Source: Torpedo marmorata (lineage: Eukaryota). Taken from it: a stretch of DNA of 64,000 bases. The notes beneath the pieces were generated by a model that saw only the letters and a list, made by a program, of their open reading frames with translations, was not told where the DNA came from and ran no database searches. Below, piece by piece: positions 38,895 through 50,824 of the stretch. Within the stretch, counting starts at the first letter, position 1. Each line of letters opens with the position of its first letter. The translations under genes and the position numbers were made by a program. The stretch lies in assembly GCA_977017645.1 (NCBI GenBank), contig OZ360226.1, positions 62,310,001 through 62,374,000 of the forward strand, given 5' to 3'.

Positions 38895-39772
38895 GCACAC
38901 AAAGGTGCTGGGGAATCTCATCAGGTTACGCAGCATCTGTTGAAAGTAGAGGGTAACCAACGTTTTGCTGAGGTACACGCAAAAGGGAGGCAGGTGTCTG
39001 AATAAAAAGGTGGGGGGAGAGGAGAAGAGGGAGGAAGGGGCATGGGGAGAAGTGCAGGCTAACAGGAAAGAGGTCATAGGTGGATATACAGTAGGTGTAA
39101 GGGTAAAAGAGGAAAAAGTTGAGAAGTAATGGGGGAGGGGGTAGCTGTCTGAATTGAGAGGGAGGGGAAGGAGGTGGGGAGCTGGAGACAGAGGGAGAGA
39201 GAAAGAGAGAGACTCGGGTGAGGGGTTTAACGGAAACTGAAGAAGTCAATGTCTCTCAAGTCTCTGGTTGGAGAGCACCCAGACGGAATAGTAGGTGTTG
39301 TCTCCTTTCCTCCAGCTCCCCACCTCCTTCCTGAGCACAGGCACTGCCATCTTGGGCACAGGCCCATGGTTACAGACCCGCGTTGCAGGATCTTAGTTTA
39401 AAAATAACGCCTGTATGGAACCGCCAGCATTAGGACCGGGTGGTTGAACCCTTCAGAACAGGCTGTATTTCCGCTCTCCACTCTCTCGGCTCCATACCAG
39501 TGGCAGCGCTGTCATTACAGCAGCTCCGGCAGTGCCATCATTTTTTTTTTTAGCCTGCACTTCTCCCCCTGTCCCTTCCTCCCTCCTCTCTTCTCCTCCC
39601 GTCACCTTTTCAGGTGCCCGCCTGCCTTTCGCTCATACCTTGACGAAGGGCTCAGGCCCAAAATGTCGGTTACTCTTTACTTCCTATAGATGCTATGTGA
39701 CCTGCTGAGTTTCTCCAGCACTTTTGTGTATTGCACTACCATCACAGCGTCTGCAGATTTTCCTGTGTTACT
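38895..39772. mobile_element. Larger inverted pair of PLE 3' ends with an unrelated insert in the middle
   Basis: Minus-strand PLE end at 38895-39300 and plus-strand PLE end at 39552-39772; flanking CTCTGCT at 38888-38894 and 39773-39779. Confidence 0.75.
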
Positions 39773-39894
39773 CTCTGCTAATCTGATTGCCACTATTCAC
39801 TGAGTAAATCTGCAACAACAGAACATACCTGAAGTGCAACACAAACATCAGGGTTGCTATCAAAAAAGGCTCAACTCAGGGATGACATCGACAG

Positions 39895-40661
39895 TGTTAT
39901 GGACCATGACTGACAGTTTGGACTACGGACGGTCAGCAGGAAGGATGAAGTCTTTTGGAGTACACACTGGGACCTGGTACTGAAAGAGTTAACTTGCCCA
40001 GGACTTCTTGTATTTACCAGAGAGAGACACCAGGGGGAGACAAACTGTGGAAAGATATACTTGGGGGTGGAACTTTTGAAGAAGGGAGCGAGAGAAAAGA
40101 CTCTCTACAGTAAGGCACTGAAGTTCAGTCGTGGAAAACTAAATCAGTGGCAGTTTTGGAGTTGCAAAGGTGGGATAACTCAGCAGGATCCAGGCTTGTG
40201 CATCCCAGAGAAGACGTTGGGAGAAGAACACAGAGTCTCTTGAATCAGAAAAGTCCAGGCTTGTGAATCCCAGGGGAAATGGCTGGGAGAAAAACAAGGC
40301 CTGATGAAACGGCAGAATCCTGAGTTGAGATCGGCTTTTGTGAAGAACCGGCTGTGAGATCCAAGTACACGCCTTAATCCAAAACGGATCTGAATTCGCA
40401 ATCCTTGTGAAAACACCAGAAGGGAAAGTCATCAGAGAAGAAAAGCAAGCCAAGTATTCGTAAGCATAAACAGTCATTGTCTCTCTCCAAAGTCCTGCTT
40501 GCCAGCACACAGAGCTGAATTTGGACCCTGAACATAGAGAGTGAAATTTTGTGGACTGTATTTTTGGGACTGACTTGTTTTTTTATGACTGACCTGGGGT
40601 TTTTGGGGAAAGTTTTTCCATTTTTACATGAGGGTTGGGCACAGACTGTAATGGTCTGGGC

Positions 40662-40700
<39 letters not shown>

Positions 40701-40842
40701 TTTAGATAAGAATAGTGTTTATAGACGTTTATAGTGGGGTTAATTGTTGTGAAATTATGTGTTTAATTGTCTTTAATAAATAATGTCAATTTTACCCCTT
40801 TTGCATTGCGTCTTCTGTCGTTGCTGGTTTGAATTGGTAACA
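39895..40842 (+). mobile_element. Solo LTR (948 bp)
   Basis: TGTTA...TAACA termini; 4-bp TSD ACAG at 39891-39894 and 40843-40846; AATAAA about 65 bp from the 3' end. Confidence 0.85.
40665..40698. repeat. (CA)n microsatellite inside the solo LTR
   Basis: Perfect AC repeat. Confidence 0.98.
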
Positions 40843-41297
40843 ACAGTTATCTTTGCCAACATGAGGGTCTTTTCTCTATGATGCAACAACAACATAAAAA
40901 GTTGTGTTCTTAAAATAAATTCTTTATCTACAAGAGACAACAGACCATGAATAGCTTGAATAATTCAAGGACAGCGTGCAATGCTGCCCTTGTAAAGTTA
41001 GGACTGCCCATTTGGCAACATCAGTGACGAGAACAATCACATTACAATGCTAAATGTAAAAACCTATCACAAATCCACTGACTCTTACAACTACCTTGTG
41101 TATAACCTCTTCTCATCCTGCTTCTTGTAAGGATTTTCTATTCCTTTCTCACAATTCCTCTGCCACATTTGTTCCTGAGATGAGACCTTCCACTCTAGGG
41201 CATACAAAATGTCTTCTTTCTTCGAGAAATGTGGCTTCCCCCTCACTGTCATTGAGAAAGCCCTTATCTGCATCTCCCTTATTCACACTTCCACTCT

Positions 41298-41688
41298 CAA
41301 GTCAAGTCAAGTCAAGTCACCTTTATTTGTCGTTCATTACCATATACACAGTAAGACGAGAAAGTGTTTCTCCAGGACCATGGGCAGATGTACATAAATA
41401 TCATAATACAATAGAAAAACTATAACATGCTAATACACATATATATCTAGGAATTGAGGAGCCTGATGGCTTGGGGGAAAAAACTGTTGCACAGTCTGGA
41501 CGTGCGAGCCCGAGTGCTTCGGTACCTCCTTCCAGATGGCAAAGAGGAAAACAGTTTACCAAAGGGGTGTGATAAGTTCTTCACAATGTTTTTAGCCTTC
41601 CTCATGAATCGTGTGTTGTAGATGTCCGTCATGGTGGGGAGAGAGACTCCAATAATTTTCTCCGCTGCCCTCACTATCCTCTGCAGGG
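41298..41688 (-). mobile_element. Rex1/Babar 3' end
   Basis: Reads LQRIVRAAEKIIG...LPSGRRYRSTRARTSRLCNSFFPQAIRLLNS; (TTGAC)n tail. Confidence 0.88.
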
Positions 41689-42409
41689 TCCACCTCTCCC
41701 CAGACAGAAAAAGGACAGAGTCCTCACTTTCCACCCCACATCCGATACATCACCCTTCAATACTTTTTTCCAAATTCAGCACAATCCCGCCACTTACCAC
41801 ATCCTCCCTTTCTCTCACCTGTCTGCTTTTCGCAAGGATCAGTCTCTCCATAACTCCTTAGTCCCCTCCTCACCCACCCTAGCATCCCCTTAGGCACTTC
41901 CCGCTGTGACCGTAGAAGGAGCTATACTTGTCCCTACATTTCCCTCACCTCCATACAGAACCACATATAGACCTCCCAGGTGAGGAAGAGCTTTACTTGC
42001 ACCTTATTCAATCAAATCTACTGCATTCTGTGCACTTAGTGTGGCCTCCTCTCCATCGGTGAAACCAAACATTAGTGGGGCATATGTCCCATATGGGCTG
42101 TGGAGGATGTCATTGGGGAGATTTAAAGTAGATACATTCTTGATCAGGAAGGTCATCGTACACCTATTCTCCATCTGGAGACCAAAACTCGAAATCCCGG
42201 TTGACAACCATTTTAATTCCCTTCAACATTCCACACAGACACGTCTGTCCTTGATCTCATCCATTGCCCGGGTGAGTCTAAACGTAAAGATGAAGAACAG
42301 CAAATCATAATTTCTCTTTGATAGCCTTGAAACCAATGGCATAACATTGAATTTTCAGATTTTAGATACCCCCTACCTTTATCTAATTCCACTATTTCCA
42401 TCTCTTCTT

Positions 42410-42722
42410 TACCCACTGGAGAAGTGTGGCACCAGAGGGCACAGCCTCAGAATATAAAAACGTCCCTTTAGAACAGAGATGAGGAGGAATTTCTTTACCC
42501 AGAGCGTGGCAAATTGTGGAATTCTTTGCCCCATATGGCTGTGGAGGACATTATTGGGGAGATTTAAGGTAGATACATTCTTGATCAGGAAGGGAATCAA
42601 GGGTTACGGGGAGAAGGCAGGAGAATGGGGTTGAAAAGGAGAGTAAATCAGCCGTGATGGAATGGCGGGGTGGAGTCGATGGATCAAATGGCGGAATTCT
42701 GCTCCTATGTCTTATGGTCTAC
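42410..42722 (+). mobile_element. CR1 3' end
   Basis: Reads TRGHSLRI...FRTEMRRNFFTQ, followed by the 3'UTR and CTCCTATGTCTTATGGTCT tail. Confidence 0.85.
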
Positions 42723-42954
42723 TCCCATCCTCACTATTTTCTCTAATCCAACCCCCCAGCCCCATGGTCTCTTCCTCTACTTGTCAATCCTCCTCTCCCA
42801 CCTTCTTCTGACAAAAAATAAATTATTACTCCGTGGCCCCCCCGCCAGCCCTCAGCACACCTTTTCACCATCTTTATATGATATCTTTCCTTCCTTCTGT
42901 AGTCTCAATTAAGGGTCCCAACCTAAAACATTGACTGACCATTTCTCTCCATGG

Positions 42955-43727
42955 ATAATGGAGACAGAGGAATTGAGAGAAAGGAATAGAATCCTTGCAG
43001 GGGACTGGGTGTGAAGAAGTGTAGTCGAGGTAGTTGTGGGAGTTGGTGGGCTTGTAAATAATGTCTGTACAAAGCTTGTTTCCTGAGATGGAGACAGAGA
43101 GATCAAGAAAGGGGAGAGTGTCCCCAGAGATGGACTAAGTGAATTTGAGGTCGGGGTGAAAGTTAGCAGCAAAGTGAATAAAGTTGACGAGCTCATCACG
43201 GGTGCACGAGGCAGCACCAATGTAGTCGTCAATGTCGCGAAGGAAGAGTTGAGGAGCCTTGCCTGTGTAGGCTTGCAGCATGGATTGCTCACCCGTAAAT
43301 TGGAGGAGCAACACTTAATTTTCCCTCTAGACACTCTCCAACCAGATGTCATTAACATCAATTTCTCCGGTTTCTGCTAGCCGACTCCCCGTTCTCCCTT
43401 TCTTCCCCATCCCTCTGTCTTCTTTCCTCCAGCTCTTCATTCACAGAGCCATCACCCCTCCCCTTCTTTGCTGGTGTGCCCTCCCTCCCTTATCCACCTA
43501 TTACCTCCTGCCTGCGGGACTGCGCTCCTCCCCCTGCCCCTCACCCCCACCATTTTGTTCAGGCACCTGACTACATTTTGCTCATACACTGTTGAAAGGC
43601 TCAAGCCCAAAACATTGGTTATGTATATTTATCTTTGCTATATAAAGTACACTGTTTGACCTGCTGAGGTTCTCCAGCATTGTGTTTTTACTTCAATCGC
43701 GGTGTCTGCAGACTTTCGTGTTTTACA
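42955..43727. mobile_element. PLE 3' end with an inverted 5' segment
   Basis: 42955-~43282 is minus-strand RT sequence (DIDDYIG); ~43285-43727 is the plus-strand ORF end and tail. Confidence 0.82.
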
Positions 43728-43829
43728 CACATCCAAGTACATTCAGATTGTTATTAATGACTTTAACTAGGGATAATAATAACTAGAGATATATGACAAT
43801 ATGAAGAATTGGTAGAAATCTAGGCAGAG

Positions 43830-45310
43830 GCCAACCAGCCAAACCTGTTTGTGAGCTCGATACTAATGTTGGGGACTGGGAAAGAGTTTGTGATTCTGTC
43901 CACACTTTTATCAACAACAATCAAGCTGCAAGATTGAACATGGAAATATCACAGTTGGTGGGGATGGAAATACAGCAGCCTCTCAAAGAAGTGGATACTC
44001 TTCCTTGCTGATTAACATCCAAACAAATGTACTTTCATCTTCGCTGACGATCTGGCAATAATAGCTCAAGCAGGGGACCTTGCCTAATTTGAATACACCA
44101 GCAGATACCCTGGTCAGACTGATTGTCTATGAGGTTGTTCATCACCTTCAACAAAAACAAACAAAACACAGGTCGGCTTTTCATACCTGCTCAGTTGAGA
44201 AGCAAATAAAAAGGTATGGTAAATATTAACCAAAATGGCACATATCTCCCTCACTCACTGCACAAATCCAGATTTCCTTTGAAAAATCCAGATTTCCATG
44301 GATTGTGTACACTCTTACAAGAGGGATTTTGAGGAGATGGAAAGATGGAAAGGATCTGAAGCATTCTCATCTGGATGTTTGCACAGATCCAATGACCTGG
44401 AACCTTTGCAATCCATCCATCCTTTTCTAGAGCTAAGTGTGCTATCCAGTATAGTAATACACTGCCCATGCAAAATAAAATCAATCCAATACTGAACACT
44501 GGCTGCGGAATCAACTTTGGCTGAATTACTCTGACAAACATCAACAGCGCGGTGTTTCTGGAATAGTACTACCAAACATCAATGAGCTGTGGTGGCCAAA
44601 CAGAAAGGAGATTGTGGATTCTACATGGTGACACTACTGCACGAAACTTCTTGGAGTTGCACAGGAACTTTCTAATGCCAACACAGGGAACCAACACTGC
44701 TGCTGCAACAATCCACAAGGTGTTGTGGCAGACACAGGTTACAAACGTTGACTGGGGGATTACTATGGGCATTAGATTAACTGACCACCTGGAAGGGTTT
44801 GATCTACCTCCGTGGGTGAAACACAAAAGTCTGCAGATGCTGTGATTGTAGTAAAAACACACCGAAATGCTGGAGGAAATCAGCCGATCTTTTCAGCGTC
44901 CATAGGAGACAAAGATATATTGCTGACGTTTCGGGCCTGAGCCCTTCTTCAAGGAATAAGCAGAAAATGTTTATCTGCTTATTCCTTGAAGGGCTCAGGC
45001 CCGAAACGTCGGCAATATATCTTTGTCTCCTGTGGACGCTGAAAAGACTGGCTGAGTTCCTGCAGCATTTCGGTTCGATCTACCTCCATACCCAAGTCGG
45101 CCAGCAATCAGCCAGCATGATGGAAGAAGACCACACTACAATAGATGAGATTTGTGACTGAGGTGTGAATCAGGCATGCAACAACTTTTGGTCTGCCTTC
45201 ACCTTAACGGCAGCCCATGCAAGCTTAGGATCTTGACAGGATAAATTGTGAGCTTTGCAAGGTACACATCAATGGAAAGATCTATAACTTTGTTGGGTGG
45301 ATACAAGAGA
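43830..45310 (+). mobile_element. Ancient LINE RT remnant (Vingi/Ingi-like)
   Basis: FIFADDLAIIAQ at about 44033 and LSVLSSI-like downstream remnants; heavily decayed. Confidence 0.45.
44812..45071. mobile_element. Near-perfect fold-back element of two inverted PLE tails (subfamily B)
   Basis: Arms of about 100 bp meet at AATAAGCAGA-loop-TCTGCTTATT; TSD GGTT(T/C)GATCTACCTCC at 44796-44811 and 45072-45087. Confidence 0.9.
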
Positions 45311-45734
45311 CAGAATACAGCAGTGCAGCAGAATCAATACAAATCAACCTCATCAATAAAGAAGTTTACCAAGGTCAAAGTGACAATTTAATTGTAATGT
45401 TAGTCATTTTAATTTAGATAACTTTTAATGTCTGAGTTCTTGTCTGCAGATCTTGCCAGATGGCATCTTCCTCAAGTACGCAGATACCATCCACCATGCA
45501 TCATCTTTCCTCACCCAATGTGATGATACAGAAACTATATTCAACAAGATGCCAATGCTGCTCTGACCCAAAGTAAATGGCACAAGATGCTTGAGCTTCT
45601 CCTTTATTTTCCAACTCTCCCAGTTTTATTGGAAAATAGATATCCCTAACAATGCAGCCAGCACCATAAATTAACTTATCAGCACTCCGGAGTGAGAACT
45701 TACAATTTTTGTATTCTCAAGTATCAGTGTGGAA

Positions 45735-47582
45735 AGGGGATTATAGTAGATGTAAAGAAATTACATAATTTAAATGGGCAAAGGAAGGAATTAAATATTT
45801 GGGAATAAGGGTTGACACAAAATTGGCTAATTTATACAAATTAAATTATTTACCATTATTTGTGAAAATAAAGAAAGATTTAGAAAATTGGAAAGATTTA
45901 CCTATAACTTTAATGGGAAGAGTAAATTGTATTAAAATGAATGTTTTTCCAAGAATTCAATATCTTTTTCAATCAATTCCTTATGAAATTCCTCAAAATT
46001 TTTTTAAAGATTTAAATTCAATTATTAGAAAATTTTTATGGAAAGGAAAGTTAGCAAGAGTAGGTATGGAAAAATTAACTTGGAATTATGAAATAGGTGG
46101 TTTACAACTTCCTAATTTCCAAAATTATTATAAAGCAGCTCAATTAAAATGTGTTAATGAATTTTTTGATTCAACTAAATCTTCTGCTTGGATTAAAATA
46201 GAATTAAATAATATAGGAGAAGATTCCAAAGAAGAAGTTATTTATAAATGGGATTCTAAATTAATATCAACAAGAAAGAAAAATTTGTCTATTTTTAAAC
46301 ATTTGTTAGAAATATGGAATAAGACGGATAAGGAAATAGGAGGAAAAGGATTGATTTCTTCAAGGATGCCTTTATATCAAAATGGACTTATTCCATTTAC
46401 TATTAATAATCAATTATTTAAAATTTGGTTTCAAAAAGGAATTAAGAAGATTAATGATTGTTTTGAAGCTGGGATATTTATTACTTTTCAAAGAATGAAA
46501 GATAAATTTAATATATTGGATAATACACTTTTTGCTTATTATCAAATTAGAGCTTTTTTGATTGAGAAATTAGGTTATGCTTTGATTTTACCAAGACAGA
46601 ATGAATTAGAATTATTAGTTACTAAAGGAGATGTCAATAAATTTATTTCTCAAATGTATAAATTGTTTCAGAGGAAAATGCCTAAATAGGAATTCATAAA
46701 TCAAGATTAAAATGGGAATAAGATTTGAATGTAAGAATAGATGAAAATCATTGGAAAGAATTATGTAAATTAAGTATGACGAAGATTATTAATGTTAGAT
46801 ATAGATTAGTACAATACAATTTTTTTCATCAATTATATTTAACACCTAAAAAATTAAAGAAATTTAATCCGACATTATCAGGTTTATGTTTTAGATGCAA
46901 TAAAGAGGAGGGTTCTTTTGTACATTCTATATGGTTTTGTCCAAAAGTTTATGATTTTTGGTTGAAAGTTAAAAAAAATTTAGATAAAGTATTTAAGATT
47001 ACATTTCCAATGGATCCTATGATATTTTTGTTTGGAGATATTAGAAAATTTAGTATTAAGATGAAATTAAATATGTATCAAATAGAATTTTTGCGAATTG
47101 CTTTAGCTGTTTCAAAGAAATGTATTGCTATTACTTGGAAATCTGATTTAGATTTAGGTTTAGAAAGATGGCATGCAGAACTTCGTTCGTGTATACCACT
47201 TGAAAAAATTACTTATAATTTACGTAACAAATATCATTTTTTCTTAAAAATTTGGAGCCCATATATGAAAGTTGTTGGTTTAAGGATTTGAAGGTCTCTG
47301 GATATCGGATCTACTGGCATACTTGACCTCCATAATAGAATTATTTTATAGATTGGCATTCTCCTTACTCTATCTTTTTCTTTCTTTTTCTTCTTCTTTT
47401 TCTATTTTTATTTTATATTTTTATTTTTATTAGATTAGTGGGGTTGGGAGGGTTGGGGAGGGGAGGGAGGGAGGGGGGGTGAAAATGTATCACAAATAAC
47501 TTGATAATTTTATATTTTATTTTATGTGTTTTGTGATTTAAAAATTTTAAATAAAATATTTTTAAAAATTAAAAAAATAAAA
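45735..47582 (+). mobile_element. AT-rich L1-clade LINE, 5'-truncated
   Basis: ORFs 45799..46689 and 46725..47291 match the 251-3759 copy; 16-bp TSD AAGTATCAGTGTGGAA at 45719-45734 and 47583-47598. Confidence 0.95.
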
Positions 47583-47725
47583 AAGTATCAGTGTGGAAGT
47601 TAGAATCTGCTTTCTCGGATGCGAGCATACATGGTATATGTCCTCGCCTCATTAACACTCCAAAAAAGTACGGGTCTGTCTAGTTCAGACTGATGCTGAT
47701 TAATACAACTTCATTAATCATTGCA

Positions 47726-48160
47726 TGTGGCAGATGCCTTGTGGAGGAGTGCAGAGCTGGTGAAGAAGCCCAAGGACAGTGGGGGCCCTATGATGTGTTC
47801 CGCCTGGAAACAACAGCCTAGCTGATAAATTTCCACTGTCCCCAAAATCATGTGACTTACAAGAGCTAGGGGATCCAACACTGTAAACAATACCTGAGGG
47901 GAGGGGGCACATCTCTGTGATTGGTCCACAATATGGTGCAACATGTGTAGCTTAATGCTGATGGGATAATGTTTGCCACATAGGAGGAGACTGTCTTGTG
48001 ATTGGTTAACAGTAGACAGCGTCGGAGAATGTAAACCCATGCATTTGTATGTTCGGGAAGCTCCTCAATCCTCTACGGAGGTGGTGCAAATTTCCACAAG
48101 CCTGTGTATCGAATAAAGGGAATTGGCTGAAGAAAACGAGCCCAAGTTCTTCATTCCTCA
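47726..48160 (+). mobile_element. Possible old solo LTR
   Basis: TGTGG...CCTCA ends and AATAAA at about 48112, but no TSD. Confidence 0.3.
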
Positions 48161-48844
48161 AGGAAGTAAACTGCTGATTGAAATCTCACCCCAGAACCTG
48201 GACGAGGTATCAATACCGATCCTCCTCATCTGTTATTTTCATGGGAATATATTGTGTTGCGTTTTGATCAATGGATATATTTACTAAGTCCTTGAAGTTA
48301 TCCCAGCCATTGTATATACAACCTTCTAACAAATCACTTTGGTATTACAGTTAAAAATCAGATTCTTCTGTGGCATCACACTATTAGACTCATTCTGTGA
48401 CCAGATGGATTTTCTTCGACCATGAGATCTTTGGGCAAGTAAGAAAGAACTGTATGTGAGTTTGCTCTTTTCACAGTTTCAATACAAATCACCTAAGCCA
48501 GTCAAAAGCTATTGTCACACAGAGATGGAAAGCTTTAAGTCCTACCCAAGAATTTATAGCCATCACCAGAATGGCAAGAAGGTCTGGAGTGAAGGTTGAG
48601 CCTAGATTAATTGTCCAGCAGGAATCTCTCTAAAATCAATGCTAGTTATAGCATTATAGATAATGTTGAAATTATGCGACAAGTTAACCTTCATGTTAAA
48701 TCATATTTCATGTATCATTCCAACTGAAAAGTACAGCATTTGTTATCTTGTATCTTTTTAACTTACAGAAACTGAATTGATTAAATATTATATTGTTTTT
48801 AGTTTTTTCTGCCCTCATATCCTCATGGGATGCATTTCAACTTG

Positions 48845-49402
48845 ATGATATGATATGAAAGTTTATTGTCCAACACATAAATACAATGTATAGAAACACT
48901 GAAAGTCTAACTTGCTGCAACCCCCCAGGTACGGGAGGTGCACCAACCACAATCAATAGTACAAACTGAATTACGACAATGCACCATGAGACAAAAAGTA
49001 AATATAAAACTATAGAGAAATAAATATTCACAGTTGCAGTTAGTGCAAAAATATAATGTTTTGCAGGCAGATCTTTTGGTGGTCCTGGAGTCGTTTATGG
49101 TTAGAGTTAGGATAGTACGGAGAGGTTCACATAGCCATTGGAAAAGGAAGTGTTCTTGAACCTAGAGGTGCCGGACTTCAGGCTTTGTACCTTCTGCTTG
49201 AAGGTAGCAGTAAAAAAAAGGTCATGACCGAGGTGATGGTGGTCTTTTTATCATGATGCCTGCATTCTTAAGCAGCACCTCAGATAGATGTCATCAACAG
49301 ACTGGAGGATAGTGCCTGTGATGGACTTGACTAGGTTTGCCACTTTCTGCAGCCTTCTGGTTTCCTGGGCACTCGGGTTTCCAAACAAGGCTGTGATGCA
49401 AC
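48845..49402 (-). mobile_element. Rex1/Babar 3' end, degenerate
   Basis: Similar to 28075-28460; minus-strand GGACAATAAA followed by a (TCATA)n tail. Confidence 0.72.
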
Positions 49403-49533
49403 TTCTGTGGATATCATGGTGGAAATCCTAGTCCAGAGGTGCTGCCAAGTTCCTCCACTGCAATTAGGATCAGTGAACTCATCAGACATCAATAACTGGA
49501 TTTGAAATCTGGAATCTGTGGCTCAGGATCAAT

Positions 49534-49783
49534 AACCTGAATACGACTGGGATTGTCTGATCTCAGAAGCTAAGCAGGCACAGGAATGGCCAGTACTTGG
49601 AGGGGAGACCACCTAGGAACACCAGGTGCTGTAGGTTTCTGTGAGGGGCACTGGAAATAGTAGCGACTCTCTGTCTGCCTTACGGTAGATAAAAATTAAA
49701 GAATTTCATGCATGTTACATTCTAAATGTAGTATTACGTGACAATAATGGAACCTTTACCTCTCTCAACCATCTTTATTGTTT
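49534..49783 (+). mobile_element. 5S rRNA-derived SINE (SINE3 type)
   Basis: 49536-49638 aligns to vertebrate 5S rRNA (GTCTGATCTCAGAAGCTAAGCAGG...AGTACTTGGA.GGGAGACC...GGTGCTGTAGG), followed by a non-5S body and a LINE-like tail; candidate TSD AGGATCAAT at 49525-49533 and 49784-49792. Confidence 0.8.
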
Positions 49784-49794
49784 AGGATCAATGT

Positions 49795-50824
49795 CAAAGA
49801 GCCATACAGAACAGAAATAGGCATTCTGCCCAAAGCATCCCTGCTGACGACTGGGCACGCATCCATATTAATCCCATCTTTCAGCACTTGTCCATTGCCT
49901 GAGTGATTGAAGTTCTCATTTGAATGTTTCATAACTGCTGTCAATGATTCTGCTTCTGCCACACACTCAGACAGTGTATTCCAGGTACTCACCATTCTCT
50001 GAGTGAAAAAGGTCCCCCTCAAATCGCTTCTAATTCTCTTACCCTTTACTCTAAATCTATGTCCTTTAGTTTTATCTATCTCTGTTATGGGACAGTGTTT
50101 CCTGAAGTCTACCCGATCGATACCCCTCATAATTTTATCTATGTCAAACATGTCCCCTCGTAACCCTCTCCGCTTTGGGAAAAACTGATGCAGCCAGTCT
50201 CTCCTCATAACTGAAGTACTCCATCCTGGTGATTCTCCACTGCATCCTCTCCAATGATATCATAAGGTTCCTATAGTTTAGTGATCGGTATAACACACCA
50301 TACTCCAGCTGAAGTCTGACCAATGTTTTAAGTAGTTGGAGCATAACCTCCCTGCTCTTTATTCCATGCCCCGACTAATGAAGGCCATTACCCCATATAC
50401 CCTCTTAACCATATTATCTACCTGCGCTGCCATTTTGAAGGAATTATGGATTTGTACACCAAGGTGTCTCTATCCCTCAATGCTCTCTAAGATGCGAGCA
50501 TACATGGTATATGTCCTCGCATCATTAACACTCCCAAAATGCATCACGTCATATTTATCTGGATTAAACTCCATCTGCATTTCCTCCACCCATTTCACCA
50601 GCATAAAATACTGCATCCTAAGTTCTCTCGCCTCACTGTCAACCTTCCACAAAAATTTGTGACATCTGTGAACTTAGTGATTATGCGTCGTACATCCATA
50701 TCCAAATAAAACAGCAAGAGTCTCTGCACTGTGAAACCCCATTTGTCACAGGCATCCAATAATGAGAACACCTTCTACAACCACCTTCTGACTCGTATTG
50801 CCAAGCCAATTTTGCATCCAAGTT
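49795..50824 (-). mobile_element. Old CR1 ORF2 3' half (continues at 55069-55225 beyond the PLE insertion)
   Basis: Remnants MEFNPDK...MHFG, LVRLQLEY, RRGLRGDM and FFTQR; a DVVHMDFGK remnant after 55075. Confidence 0.85.

Larger units (their letters stand above)
41070..42945 (+). mobile_element. Older PLE 3' half (RT thumb, GIY-YIG, tail), interrupted by Rex1 and CR1 pieces
   Basis: Remnants of HPASCKD..PFSQF, FTCT...IYCILC and IGET, colinear with 53870-54950. Confidence 0.75.

Noticed and set aside
49536-49638. Functional 5S rRNA gene
   Set aside because: The 5' end is missing, there are many substitutions, there is no tandem array or clean T-run terminator, and it is fused to a retroposon tail.
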